64,000 nucleotides of DNA, taken from Pseudomonadota bacterium (lineage in GTDB: Bacteria; Myxococcota; JACRCW01; JAFGSX01). The position numbers and the translations under genes are program-made. The stretch is from positions 64,001-128,000 of the forward strand of contig JBDRCO010000072.1 in NCBI GenBank assembly GCA_043821645.1, in the 5' to 3' direction. The notes beneath the pieces were generated by a model, which had not been told where the DNA came from, did no database searches, and saw only the letters and a list, made by a program, of their open reading frames with translations. The stretch's first letter is position 1. Each line of letters begins with the position of its first letter. Below are positions 1 through 10,071 of this stretch, in pieces.

Positions 1-2
1 TG

Positions 3-1733
3 AGCAGCCTCAGCGTCAGCCGAGATGGCACCCACCTGGCGTACAGCACCTCGAGCGCCGGCTCGGACTGGCAGGAGTGGCGGGTGCGCGACGTGGCGAC
101 GGGGACCGACAGCGACGACCACCTGCGCTGGAGCAAGTTCTCGGGCGCGGCGTGGACCCCCGACGGCAAGGGCTTCTACTACAGCGCCTACGACCCGCCC
201 TCCGACGAGAAGAAGGCACTCACCGAGTCCAACTTCTTTCAGAAGCTTTACTACCACCGTCTGGGCCAGGCCCAGGCCAGCGATACCCTGGTGTACCAGC
301 GCACCGACCACAAGGATTGGGGTTTCGAGGGCCAGGTGACCGAGGACGGGCGCTACCTCATCATCCACGTGTGGCAGGGCACCGACCCCAAGAACGGCCT
401 GTTCTTTCAGGACCTGAAGCGGAACAAGGTCGCGACCACCGAGCTGCTCAAGGACTTCGACGCGCTGTACCACTTCGTGGGCAATGACGGGCCGGTGTTC
501 TACGTCAAGACGGACCGCGATGCGCCACGAGGCCGTCTGGTGGCCATCGACACGCGCACGCCAGATCCGAAGAACTGGAAAGAACTGATCGCGCAGGGCG
601 ACGACACCGTTGAAAAGGTGAGCCACATCGGCGGTCAGTTCGTGCTGCAGGTGCTCAAGGACGCGCGCAACGTGGTGCGGGTGCACGACCGCAAGGGCGC
701 CCTGGTGCGCGAGGTCGAGCTGCCCGGCATTGGCTCCACCGGCGGCTTTGACGGCAAGGCCTCGGACAGCGAGACCTTCTTCGCCTTCACCGGCTTCACC
801 ACGCCATCCACCGTGTTCCGCTACGACCTGCGCACGGGCACGCGCGAGCTGTTCAAGGCACCCACCGTCGACTTCGATCCCGCGGCCTACACCACCCAGC
901 AGGTCTTCTACACGAGCAAGGACGGCACCCGTGTGCCCATGTTCATCACCCACAAGAAGGGTCTGGTCCTCGACGGCAAGCGGCCCACCTTCCTGTACGG
1001 CTACGGCGGCTTCAACATCTCGCTGTCGCCCTGGTTCTCGGTGAGCAACCTGGTGTGGATGGAGCTGGGTGGCGTGTACGCGGTCGCCAACCTCCGTGGC
1101 GGCAACGAGTACGGCGAAGCCTGGCACCAGGGTGGCATCCTGCACAACAAGCAGAATGTGTTCGACGACTTCATCGGCGCAGCCGAGTGGCTTCATGCCA
1201 ACGCGTACAGCTCGCCGGCAACCCTGGCCATCGGCGGGGGTTCCAACGGCGGCTTGCTGGTCGGCGCCTGCATGACCCAGCGACCTGACCTGTACGCCGC
1301 GACCCTGCCCCAGGTCGGCGTGCTCGACATGCTGCGCTACCACACCTGGACCATAGGCTGGGCCTGGGCCAGCGACTACGGCACCAGCGACGATCCTGCG
1401 CTGTTCAAGGTACTGCGCGCCTACTCGCCCTACCACAACGTGAAGGCCGGAACGCGCTACCCCGCAACGCTCATCACCACCGCGGATCACGACGACAGGG
1501 TGGTGCCCGCCCACTCCTTCAAGTTCGCCGCGGCCCTGCAGCAGGCACAGGCTGGCGACGCGCCGGTGCTCATTCGCATCGAGACCAAGGCCGGCCATGG
1601 TGCGGGCAAGCCCACCGACAAGATCATCGAAGAGACGGCGGATCGCTGGGCCTTCGTGACGCGGGTACTGGACATGCAGGTGGCACTGCCCTCCTGGGCG
1701 AAGGAGACGGCCACCACAGGAGCCACACCGTGA
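3..1733 (+). CDS. Prolyl oligopeptidase (S9A), 5' end truncated by the window edge
   Basis: The frame is open from position 3 (SSLSVSRDGTHLAYS...). Catalytic motifs GGSNGG (Ser), DHDDRV (Asp) and AGHGAG (His) follow a beta-propeller region. Confidence 0.95.
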   Translation, partial: SSLSVSRDGTHLAYSTSSAGSDWQEWRVRDVATGTDSDDHLRWSKFSGAAWTPDGKGFYYSAYDPPSDEKKALTESNFFQKLYYHRLGQAQASDTLVYQRTDHKDWGFEGQVTEDGRYLIIHVWQGTDPKNGLFFQDLKRNKVATTELLKDFDALYHFVGNDGPVFYVKTDRDAPRGRLVAIDTRTPDPKNWKELIAQGDDTVEKVSHIGGQFVLQVLKDARNVVRVHDRKGALVREVELPGIGSTGGFDGKASDSETFFAFTGFTTPSTVFRYDLRTGTRELFKAPTVDFDPAAYTTQQVFYTSKDGTRVPMFITHKKGLVLDGKRPTFLYGYGGFNISLSPWFSVSNLVWMELGGVYAVANLRGGNEYGEAWHQGGILHNKQNVFDDFIGAAEWLHANAYSSPATLAIGGGSNGGLLVGACMTQRPDLYAATLPQVGVLDMLRYHTWTIGWAWASDYGTSDDPALFKVLRAYSPYHNVKAGTRYPATLITTADHDDRVVPAHSFKFAAALQQAQAGDAPVLIRIETKAGHGAGKPTDKIIEETADRWAFVTRVLDMQVALPSWAKETATTGATP

Positions 1734-3403
1734 CCTACAGCCGAGCCGAGCTCAAGGCACCGCGTCTCACCGGCATGGCCTTGCGCGCCGTGGTGAGCCT
1801 GGCCGAGATGCCAGGAACGTCGACCTTGCTGCGCGCGCAGATGCTGGCCCAGATCGGCATCCCGGCCTGGCGTCGGCGTGTCATCGACGATCCGTCAGAG
1901 CCACGACCTCGCTTCGCAGGCACGGACCTCGTCGACGGACCCCAGCCCGATCTGGCCGCTCTGGTCGAGGCTGCGCCGGCCTGTCCACCCTTCGAGAGCG
2001 TCGCCGACTTTGCCCGGGCCTACCGCGACGGACGCACCACACCCGAGCAGGTGGCCGATCGGCTGGTGCAGGCCATCGACGCCAGCGAGCATCTGGACAC
2101 GCCTCTGCGCGTGTTCGTGCGCGTGCAGGCCGACGACATCCGGCGGCAGGCCAGCGCCTCGGCACGACGCCTGCGAGAGGGCCAGGCCCTGGGCCCCCTC
2201 GACGGTGTGCCGGTGGCCGTCAAGGACGAGCTCGACGTGGCGGGCTACCCCACCACCGTGGGAACGGGCTTCCTGGGCCAGTCCGACGCCACCGTGGACG
2301 CCACCGTCGTGGCGCGATGGCGTGCGGCCGGCGCCCTGATCATCGGCAAGGCCAACATGCACGAGATAGGCATCGGCGTGACCGGGCTCAACCCGCACCA
2401 CGGCGCCTGCCGCAATCCCTATGATCCCTCGCGCAAGACCGGCGGCTCGTCGAGCGGACCGGCGGCAGCCGTGGCTGCAGGCCTGTGTCCCCTGGCCATC
2501 GGGGCCGACGGCGGCGGATCGATCCGGCTTCCCTCGGCTCTGTGTGGGGTCTTCGGGCTCAAGCCCAGCTACGGTCGTGTGAGCGAACATGGCGCCGCCC
2601 AGCTGTGCTGGAGCGTGGCGCACGTCGGTCCCATCGCCGCCACCGCGAGCGACCTGGCCCTGGGCTACGCGCTCATGGCCGGCCCTGACCCCAAAGATCC
2701 GTCGTCACTCGGCCAACCCAGCGTCCACCTCGAGGGCTTCAACAGCGTGGATCTGAAGGGCCTCCGGGTCGGCGTGTACCGGGCCTGGTTCGAGGATGCG
2801 GAGCCCGAGGTGGTGCGCGTGTGCCAGGGCGCCCTCGACAGCCTGGCTGCGCTTGGCGCCCAAGTGGTCGAGGTGGAGATCCCGGACCTGGGTGACTTTC
2901 ACCTGGCGCACCTGGTCACCATCGTGTCCGAGATGCTGGCGGCCATGCGGCCTCACCTCGATGAACCCGCTCGCTTCGGTGCCGATGTGCGCTTGAACCT
3001 GGCCCTGGCGCAGGGCCTGTCGAGCGAGGACTACGTGCGCGCCCAGCGCTGGCGTGCGCGCGCCATGCGGACCCTTGACGGGGTGCTGAGCACGGTCGAT
3101 GTCGTTGCCACTCCGACCAGCGCGCTCACCGCGCCGCCCATCGCCGCCGACGCCCTCGACGGCGAGTCGGACCTGGTCCAGCTCAACGCCATCATGAGGT
3201 ACGCCACCCTGGGCAACCTGACGGGGTTGCCTGTTATCAGCATTCCCGTGGGCCAAAGTCACGCCGGATTGCCGGTGGGCTTGCAGCTTCTCGCTCGAGG
3301 CTGGCACGAGCACCTGCTGCTGCGTGCAGCCCGCGCCCTCGAGACCACCCTGACCCGGGGCACGCCGCGCTGGCAGGCGCGCTTGCTGCCCCCCACCCCC
3401 TGA
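1730..3403 (+). CDS. Amidase signature enzyme (fatty acid amide hydrolase-like)
   Basis: Motifs VAVKD, GGSSSG and [13 protein letters not shown] overlap with the upstream stop. Confidence 0.9.
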   Translation: MTYSRAELKAPRLTGMALRAVVSLAEMPGTSTLLRAQMLAQIGIPAWRRRVIDDPSEPRPRFAGTDLVDGPQPDLAALVEAAPACPPFESVADFARAYRDGRTTPEQVADRLVQAIDASEHLDTPLRVFVRVQADDIRRQASASARRLREGQALGPLDGVPVAVKDELDVAGYPTTVGTGFLGQSDATVDATVVARWRAAGALIIGKANMHEIGIGVTGLNPHHGACRNPYDPSRKTGGSSSGPAAAVAAGLCPLAIGADGGGSIRLPSALCGVFGLKPSYGRVSEHGAAQLCWSVAHVGPIAATASDLALGYALMAGPDPKDPSSLGQPSVHLEGFNSVDLKGLRVGVYRAWFEDAEPEVVRVCQGALDSLAALGAQVVEVEIPDLGDFHLAHLVTIVSEMLAAMRPHLDEPARFGADVRLNLALAQGLSSEDYVRAQRWRARAMRTLDGVLSTVDVVATPTSALTAPPIAADALDGESDLVQLNAIMRYATLGNLTGLPVISIPVGQSHAGLPVGLQLLARGWHEHLLLRAARALETTLTRGTPRWQARLLPPTP

Positions 3404-3416
3404 CCGAGAGGTAACC

Positions 3417-4046
3417 ATGTCCAGCACACCAGAACCGGCCCTGCTCTCCCCCATCACCATGTTGCAGCATCAGTGGGGACCCATCATCGACAACCTGGCC
3501 CGGGCCTGTCAGGGAGACAGCGCAGCTCGGGAGCAGACCGAGCCCTTCCTGGAGCGCCTGGCGGCCAAGGAGGAGTGGGAGAACCTGCACCGTGCGGTGC
3601 TGCGCCTGCTCGACGGAGAGCGAGACGTCACGACCTTGATCCATGGCCTCGATGCCACCGACACGCTGATCGTGGGCAACGCCCTGATGCGCCTTGGCGT
3701 CGACGTGATGGGGCAGGTGCCTGGCCTGGTGGACCTGGCCGCTCCACCCCCTGCCGCCGAGAGCCGCCAGGACCTGGACCTCGGAGAGTTCGTCGGGATG
3801 GTCGCCTACGCCTGCCGCCCGAACACTCCCGACGAGGTGCGGGCACAGCTCGACCGCGCCTGTCAGGCCATGGCCAGCGACCCCGACGCGGAGCCCGCGC
3901 TGCGCGCCCTGGGTCGAGCCCTGGGCGAGCTCCTGGCGGGCCGCCACGACCCCGACATGAGCGAGCTGCCCGAGGAACTCAGCGATCTCGTGAAGAAGCT
4001 GTTCAAGACTGTTCTCGAGGGCGAACTGGACGCGCCGCGCGCCTGA
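3417..4046 (+). CDS. Hypothetical all-helical protein with two internal repeats
   Basis: GAGG RBS. The two halves end in RLLDGERD and ELLAGRHD. Confidence 0.75.
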   Translation: MSSTPEPALLSPITMLQHQWGPIIDNLARACQGDSAAREQTEPFLERLAAKEEWENLHRAVLRLLDGERDVTTLIHGLDATDTLIVGNALMRLGVDVMGQVPGLVDLAAPPPAAESRQDLDLGEFVGMVAYACRPNTPDEVRAQLDRACQAMASDPDAEPALRALGRALGELLAGRHDPDMSELPEELSDLVKKLFKTVLEGELDAPRA

Positions 4047-5636
4047 TCAGCCCTGGTCGCTGCGCGCGTCTCCGGGCGGCGCCGGTGCCGGGGATTGTCC
4101 CTGGCCCAGCACGACACCGCGACGCGGGAAGAGCAGCGCACTGATCAGCACCAGCACCGAGATTCCCAGCACCACCCAGTAGACGGACTGCAGACCGCTG
4201 GACACACCCTCGCGCAGCAGGCGCACGGTGGCGTCGGGCAAGCGGTCGCGAACAACGGGATCGATGAGCTGGCTCACCGCCTCCAGACCGGCGGCCGGTG
4301 CGTGCCAGTCCGGCTGCGCAGCCAGGTAGCTCGCCAGCCTGTTGTTGAGCACACCGCCAAGCGCCGCGGCACCCAGGGCGCCTCCGAGGATGCGCATCAA
4401 CATGTTGAAGCCGGTGGCCACACCTCGCTGCTGCCAGGGCACGCTGCTCTGCACCGCGACCAGGTACACCGTCGTCGTGAAGCCCATACCCAGGCCGACC
4501 AGAAAGGCCCCCGCGGCAGCCCAGAGGGGACCGTGGCCACCACCAGGAAGCTCGACCAGGGTAGCGCTGCCGGCAATGAGAAACGCTGCCCCGATCAGGG
4601 CCGCGCGGTGCAAACCGATGCGCACCATGAGTCGCCCGGCGAGGGTCGACGCCAGGGGCCAGCCCAGGGACATGCCGCTGAGGCAAAAGCCCGCCACCGT
4701 GGCCGTGGCGCCGTGCACGCCCTGGATGTAAGTGGGGATGAAGGTGGTGACGCCCATCATCAGCGCCATGGCCAGCAGGGAACCCACGTTGGAGGTGCGC
4801 TGCACGCCCCGCGACCACACCAGGGCCGGCACCATGGGCTCGGCCGCGCTGCGCTCGCGCCACACGAAGGCAGCCAGCCCGATGGGCGCCAGCGCCAGCA
4901 GCGCCAGCGACGGCCAGGACAGCCAGGGCCAGCCCACACCACCCTGCACCAGCGCCACGACCAGGCTGCTCAGGGCAAGCAGCAGCAGCACGGCCCCCGC
5001 AATATCCAGGCGATGCGGCCGGCGCTCGACTTGCTCGTGCAAGAAGCGACGGATACCGAGCACGGCGAGCACACCAATGGGCAGGTTGATCCAGAACACC
5101 AGGGACCAGTGCAGGTAGGTGACGAAGATGCCGCCGAGCAAGGGCCCCACGATGGATGAGATACCCCACACGCTGGACAGGTAGCCCTGCACCCTGGCGC
5201 GCTCCTCGAAGCTATAGATGTCGCCGACGATGGTCGAGGCGATGGGCAGCACCGCACCGGCGCCGGCGCCTTGCAGCGCGCGGCTGGCGATGAGCCAGTG
5301 CATGCTCGGCGCCAGACCGCACAGCAGCGAGCCGAGCAAGAACACCGACACGCCGAAGGTGAACACGGGCGTACGCCCGTACAGGTCCGCGAGCTTGCCA
5401 TACAGAGGTACCGTCACCGCCTGGGTGAGCAGGAAGATCGAGAACACCCAGCTGAACAGTGAGAAGCCACCCAGGTCGGCGACGATGCTCGGCATGGCCG
5501 TGGCCACGATGGTGGCCTCGATGGCGGCCATGAACATGGCGATCATCACCGAGGCCAGCACCAGCCTGCGGCGGGTTCGGTTGACGGCGATCGGTTCCCC
5601 GGATGCCGCGTCAGCGCTCCCGGTCGATGCGGTCAT
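4047..5636 (-). CDS. MFS drug:H+ antiporter (DHA2, 14-TMS type)
   Basis: Motif A GKLADLYGR, plus RALQGAGAG, GPLLGG and WVFWINLPIG-like motifs. Many TM segments. Confidence 0.92.
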   Translation of the reverse strand: MTASTGSADAASGEPIAVNRTRRRLVLASVMIAMFMAAIEATIVATAMPSIVADLGGFSLFSWVFSIFLLTQAVTVPLYGKLADLYGRTPVFTFGVSVFLLGSLLCGLAPSMHWLIASRALQGAGAGAVLPIASTIVGDIYSFEERARVQGYLSSVWGISSIVGPLLGGIFVTYLHWSLVFWINLPIGVLAVLGIRRFLHEQVERRPHRLDIAGAVLLLLALSSLVVALVQGGVGWPWLSWPSLALLALAPIGLAAFVWRERSAAEPMVPALVWSRGVQRTSNVGSLLAMALMMGVTTFIPTYIQGVHGATATVAGFCLSGMSLGWPLASTLAGRLMVRIGLHRAALIGAAFLIAGSATLVELPGGGHGPLWAAAGAFLVGLGMGFTTTVYLVAVQSSVPWQQRGVATGFNMLMRILGGALGAAALGGVLNNRLASYLAAQPDWHAPAAGLEAVSQLIDPVVRDRLPDATVRLLREGVSSGLQSVYWVVLGISVLVLISALLFPRRGVVLGQGQSPAPAPPGDARSDQG

Positions 5637-5714
5637 GAGTCGTCCTGCCGCCCCGCAGGGGAAGGTCTCACACAGGTGCGCGCGTCGTGGCGATGGTGTC
5701 TCGTCTCCGGAGTT

Positions 5715-6920
5715 TCAGTTGAGCCACAGCACGTAGCGGAGCTTTCGCTCGATGCTTTCATCGCCGCGATCAACCTCGCTCTTCATGCGCCGCAGCTGCA
5801 TGGTGAGAGTGCTGGGCGGGCGTCCGGTGACGTACCAGTCGCCAAGCACAAGCCGCAGTGCACCTTCGATGTCGTCATTGTCCTCGGCACGATCGAGAGC
5901 CTGGATGTCCAGCACGATATCGCGCGGTTTCGAAAGAAAGCCTCCGAGGTCGATGCTGCCCGCGGGCATGGGCTCGGCGCGTTCGTCGGCGAGCTCGATC
6001 AGGTCGGCCACTCTGAGCACGGTCTCGCCCTTCACCAGGGCCGTGGTGTCGACGAGGATCGCACCCCAGGTCTGGTACAGCACCTCGTCCACGGGCATGG
6101 GCAGCGGGTGGTCCTTCTGACGCGGGTTGGGTAACCACTCGCGCTCGTCATCGCTCTCGGCGAGGTAGGCCTGGCGCGCCTTCTCCGTCAGGTCCAGCCC
6201 GTCGAGGATGAGCTGCCTGGCGCGCGTGATGCGCGTGGCATCGGTGAGCCGGAAGACAATGCGGGATGGCTCGTTCTCGGACTGCAGGGTCTGCAGGGCG
6301 CCGCTCGCATCGTAGGCCTGGGCCAGGTGCAGGGCGGCGCGCTGAAACGACAGGAACGCGCGCGCCCACAGCAGGTCGCCGCGATCGAAACGAAAGGTCG
6401 GTCGACGCCTCGGGTCGCCCTCGGGATAGGGCTGGCCGTCGTGGTCCAGCTCGACCTCGAACAGCCGGCGGTCAAAGTCGTCCACCTCACCGCTGTGGTT
6501 CCAGTCGTACTCCCAGCACGCCAGGCACAGGTCCATGTTGAAGTCGGCACAGCGCGAGGCCCGCGCCAGGTCGTCGTCGATCCGCGCCAGCTCGGCCTCG
6601 GCCGTGTCGAGGGTGAAGCTCAGGTACTTCTGGTTGAGAGTACCTGCCACCTCCACCGTCGCCGCCACACCGATGAGGTCCGCCACCAGCTGGTGCATGG
6701 TGCGCTTGTAACGGGTGATGGCATCGACCACGAGGGCAAAGGGATTGTCCGTGTCCTCCTGCAGCACGCGCGCGCTCTCCTGCTCGGCCTCGACCCACTC
6801 GCCCGTCTGCAGCGTCTGGATCGCAGGCAGCGCGCTCTGCCTCCGCTGTTCGAGGCTGGGGCCTGCGCAACCCAGGCTACCCAACAACACCCAGGCCACC
6901 ACCAGAGATCGCGTACGCAT
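5715..6920 (-). CDS. Hypothetical lipoprotein
   Basis: Start re-called at ATG 6920 (MRTRSLVVAWVLLGSLGC, a lipobox). Contains an EF-hand-like DWNHSGEVDDFD and a WLPNPRQ motif. Confidence 0.7.
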   Translation of the reverse strand: MRTRSLVVAWVLLGSLGCAGPSLEQRRQSALPAIQTLQTGEWVEAEQESARVLQEDTDNPFALVVDAITRYKRTMHQLVADLIGVAATVEVAGTLNQKYLSFTLDTAEAELARIDDDLARASRCADFNMDLCLACWEYDWNHSGEVDDFDRRLFEVELDHDGQPYPEGDPRRRPTFRFDRGDLLWARAFLSFQRAALHLAQAYDASGALQTLQSENEPSRIVFRLTDATRITRARQLILDGLDLTEKARQAYLAESDDEREWLPNPRQKDHPLPMPVDEVLYQTWGAILVDTTALVKGETVLRVADLIELADERAEPMPAGSIDLGGFLSKPRDIVLDIQALDRAEDNDDIEGALRLVLGDWYVTGRPPSTLTMQLRRMKSEVDRGDESIERKLRYVLWLN

Positions 6921-6972
6921 GGAGCGCTCCGTGTTTCGCATGTGACGAGGGGAAACGAGTGCGACCCGAGCT

Positions 6973-7155
6973 TCAGCCAGAGCCCTTGGCTCCGGTCTTG
7001 CGCGCGGGTCCAAACAACACGTAGAGCACCACGGCGATACCCACGACCACGGCCAGCCCCAGGAACAGCTTGGCGACCCGCAGGCCTAGCCCGATGAAAA
7101 AGAGGATCAGCAGCACCGTGCCAATCCAGGTGAGGATCTTGAAGAGCTTGTTCAT
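6973..7155 (-). CDS. Small two-TM membrane protein
   Basis: 60 aa with two hydrophobic helices and Lys-rich ends. GAGGTG RBS. Confidence 0.7.
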   Translation of the reverse strand: MNKLFKILTWIGTVLLILFFIGLGLRVAKLFLGLAVVVGIAVVLYVLFGPARKTGAKGSG

Positions 7156-7335
7156 GACCCACCTCGCTCGGATGATGTGGACAGTCTAGCGATCCCGGGG
7201 CCATGACACCAACCTCGAGCGGCGCACCGGGCGCCCGCCGCGTTGCGGTCCGCTTGCACCGTGCGGCCCGCAGCTCCTCGCGATATGTAGGGGATCGCGC
7301 GTCGCACCCGTTCCTGCGCGCCCAGGGAGACCCGC

Positions 7336-9987
7336 ATGACCGACAGCCCTTCACGTGCCGTGCAGCGTCTGGACTACACGCCGCCGAGTTTTCTCATCGA
7401 CACCGTGCAGCTCGGCTTCGAGCTCGACGAGCCCGTGACCACGGTGCACGCCACCCTGGCCCTGCGCCGCAATCCCCAGGCCTCGCGCGCCGAGGATCTG
7501 GTGTTGCACGGCCACAAGCTGGTGCTCGTGCGCCTGCTCCTCGACGGTGTCGAGCTGCCGGCGGAGCGCGTCACGATCGACGAGGAGTCCCTGTGCGTGC
7601 AGGGGGTGCCCGATAGCTTCGCACTCGAGATCACCACGCACATCCGCCCCGGCGAGAACAAGTCCCTCGAGGGGCTGTACACCTCGAGCGGCAACTTCTG
7701 CACCCAGTGCGAGCCCGAGGGCTTTCGCTCCATCACCTACTTCCTGGACCGGCCCGACGTCATGGCGCGCTACACCACCACCGTGGTGGCGGACCGCGAG
7801 CGCTACCCCGTGCTGCTGTCCAACGGCAACCCCACCGAGCGCGGCGAACTCGCCGATGGCCGGCACTGGAGGACCTGGCAGGATCCCTACCCCAAGCCGA
7901 GCTACCTGTTCGCCCTGGTGGCAGGAAAGCTCGAGCGCCGCGAGTCCGGCTTCACCACCCGCTCGGGCAAGGTCGTGCCCATCCACATCTACGTGCAACC
8001 TCAGAATGCCGACCAGTGCGACCACGCCCTCGAGGCCGTGCGCAAGTCCATGGCCTGGGACGAGCACGCCTTCGGCCGCGAATACGACCTCGACCTGTTC
8101 ATGATCGTGGCGGTCGACGACTTCAATATGGGCGCGATGGAGAACAAGGGGCTCAACATCTTCAACTCGAAGTACGTGCTCGCGCGCACCGACACCGCGA
8201 CCGACGACGACTTCGAGGGCGTGGTCGGCGTCATCGGCCACGAGTACTTTCACAACTGGTCCGGTGACCGCGTGACCTGCCGCGACTGGTTCCAGCTCAG
8301 CCTGAAAGAGGGTTTCACGGTCTTCCGCGACCAGCAGTTCACCCGCGCCATGACCTCACCCGTGGTCAAGCGCATCAAGGACGTCAACATCCTGCGCACG
8401 GTGCAGTTTCGTGAGGATCAGGGTCCCCTGGCTCACCCGGTGCGCCCCGACAGCTACGTCGAGATCAACAACTTCTACACGGTGACCATCTACAACAAGG
8501 GTGCCGAGGTGGTGCGCATGCTGCACTGTCTCCTTGGCGAGAAGGATTTCAGAAGAGCCACCGACCTGTACTTCGAGCGTCACGACGGGCAAGCGGCCAC
8601 GGTCGACGACCTTTTGCGCTGCATGGCCGAGATCAGCGGGCGCGACCTGTCGCAGTTCGAGCACTGGTACAGCCAGGCCGGCACGCCGACGATCGATGCC
8701 CGGGGTTCCTACGATGCGGGCCGCCAGGTTTACACCTTGACCCTGCAACAGAGCTGCACGCCCACCCCCGGCCAGCCGGACAAGCGACCTTTTCACATTC
8801 CCGTCGCGGTGGGCCTGCTGGACCCCGAGGGCCGCGAGCTGCCGCTGCGCCTGGCCGGAGAGGCAGCCAGCGCCGCCGCCACCACCCGGGTCCTCGAGCT
8901 GACCCAGGCCAGCCAGAGTTTCGAGTTCGTCGACCTTGCTGCGACCCCACTGCCCTCGCTGCTCAGAGACTTCAGCGCGCCGGTAAGGCTGCGCTTCGAG
9001 TACACCGATGCCCAGCTCGCCTTCCTGATGGCCCACGACAGCGACGACTTCAATCGCTGGGACGCGGGCCAGCTGCTGGCCGAGCGCGTGCTCACCCGCC
9101 TGGTCAGCGACGCCAAGCACGGGCGAGAACTGGTGCTGGACCCGGATTTCGCTCGCGCCTTTGCTGCAGTGCTCGAGAACACCAACCTGGATCGACGGCT
9201 GGTGGCCCAGGCCCTGGTGCTGCCCGGCGAGGGCTACCTGGCGGAACGCCTGGACGACGCGGATCCCGAAGCCATACACCTGGCCCGCGAGTTCGTGCGC
9301 GGCGAGCTGGCGCGCAGCTTGCGACCGACCTTCGAGGCCTGTCTGGCGCGCAACACCACACCTGGTCCTTATGCGGCCGACGGCGAGAGCATTGGCAAGC
9401 GCCGCCTGCGAAACCTCTGCCTGAGCTACCTGATGGTGCTCGACGACTCGGAGCTGAGACAGCGCTGCGTCACGCAGTTCGAGACCGCGGACAACATGAC
9501 CGATGTGCTCTCTGCCCTGGCCTGCCTGGCGGACGTGTCCTGTCCCGAGCGCACGCGCGCCCTGCACGCCTTCTACACGAAGTGGCAGCACGAACCCCTG
9601 GTCGTGGACAAGTGGCTGAGCATCCAGGCAACCTCGCACCTGCCTGGCACCCTCGACGCGGTGCAGGCTCTGATGCACCACAAGGCGTTCTCGCTGCAAA
9701 ACCCCAACAAGGTGCGCGCGCTCATTGGCGCTTTCACCCAGGCCAACCCGGCGCGCTTTCACGAGGTCACGGGGCGCGGCTACACCCTGCTCGGCGACCT
9801 GGTGCTGGAGCTGGACCGCTTCAATCCCCTGGTGGCGGCGCGCATGCTCGTCCCGCTCACCTCGTGGCGGCGCTACGAGCCCGGTCGCCGCACCCTGATG
9901 CGGGCCCAGCTCGAACGCGTGCTGGCCACCGAGGGCCTGTCCAAGCACAGCTACGAGATCGCAAGCAAGAGCCTGGCCGACGCCTGA
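7336..9987 (+). CDS. pepN: Aminopeptidase N (M1 family)
   Basis: GAMENKG, HEYFH...E zinc motif, NFYTVTIY, C-terminal NPNKVRAL. Confidence 0.97.
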   Translation: MTDSPSRAVQRLDYTPPSFLIDTVQLGFELDEPVTTVHATLALRRNPQASRAEDLVLHGHKLVLVRLLLDGVELPAERVTIDEESLCVQGVPDSFALEITTHIRPGENKSLEGLYTSSGNFCTQCEPEGFRSITYFLDRPDVMARYTTTVVADRERYPVLLSNGNPTERGELADGRHWRTWQDPYPKPSYLFALVAGKLERRESGFTTRSGKVVPIHIYVQPQNADQCDHALEAVRKSMAWDEHAFGREYDLDLFMIVAVDDFNMGAMENKGLNIFNSKYVLARTDTATDDDFEGVVGVIGHEYFHNWSGDRVTCRDWFQLSLKEGFTVFRDQQFTRAMTSPVVKRIKDVNILRTVQFREDQGPLAHPVRPDSYVEINNFYTVTIYNKGAEVVRMLHCLLGEKDFRRATDLYFERHDGQAATVDDLLRCMAEISGRDLSQFEHWYSQAGTPTIDARGSYDAGRQVYTLTLQQSCTPTPGQPDKRPFHIPVAVGLLDPEGRELPLRLAGEAASAAATTRVLELTQASQSFEFVDLAATPLPSLLRDFSAPVRLRFEYTDAQLAFLMAHDSDDFNRWDAGQLLAERVLTRLVSDAKHGRELVLDPDFARAFAAVLENTNLDRRLVAQALVLPGEGYLAERLDDADPEAIHLAREFVRGELARSLRPTFEACLARNTTPGPYAADGESIGKRRLRNLCLSYLMVLDDSELRQRCVTQFETADNMTDVLSALACLADVSCPERTRALHAFYTKWQHEPLVVDKWLSIQATSHLPGTLDAVQALMHHKAFSLQNPNKVRALIGAFTQANPARFHEVTGRGYTLLGDLVLELDRFNPLVAARMLVPLTSWRRYEPGRRTLMRAQLERVLATEGLSKHSYEIASKSLADA

Positions 9988-10071
9988 TCCCGACGCTGCG
10001 CCAGGCATCGGTCAAATGACCTAGGACGACCAGCCGAAGACGGTTCTCGCCAAAATCCCTACCTTGTAAGC

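Noticed and set aside
5689-5706. Fluoride-riboswitch-like GGCGATGGTGTCTCGTC
   Set aside because: It is on the strand opposite to the flanking genes and lacks the downstream conserved elements.
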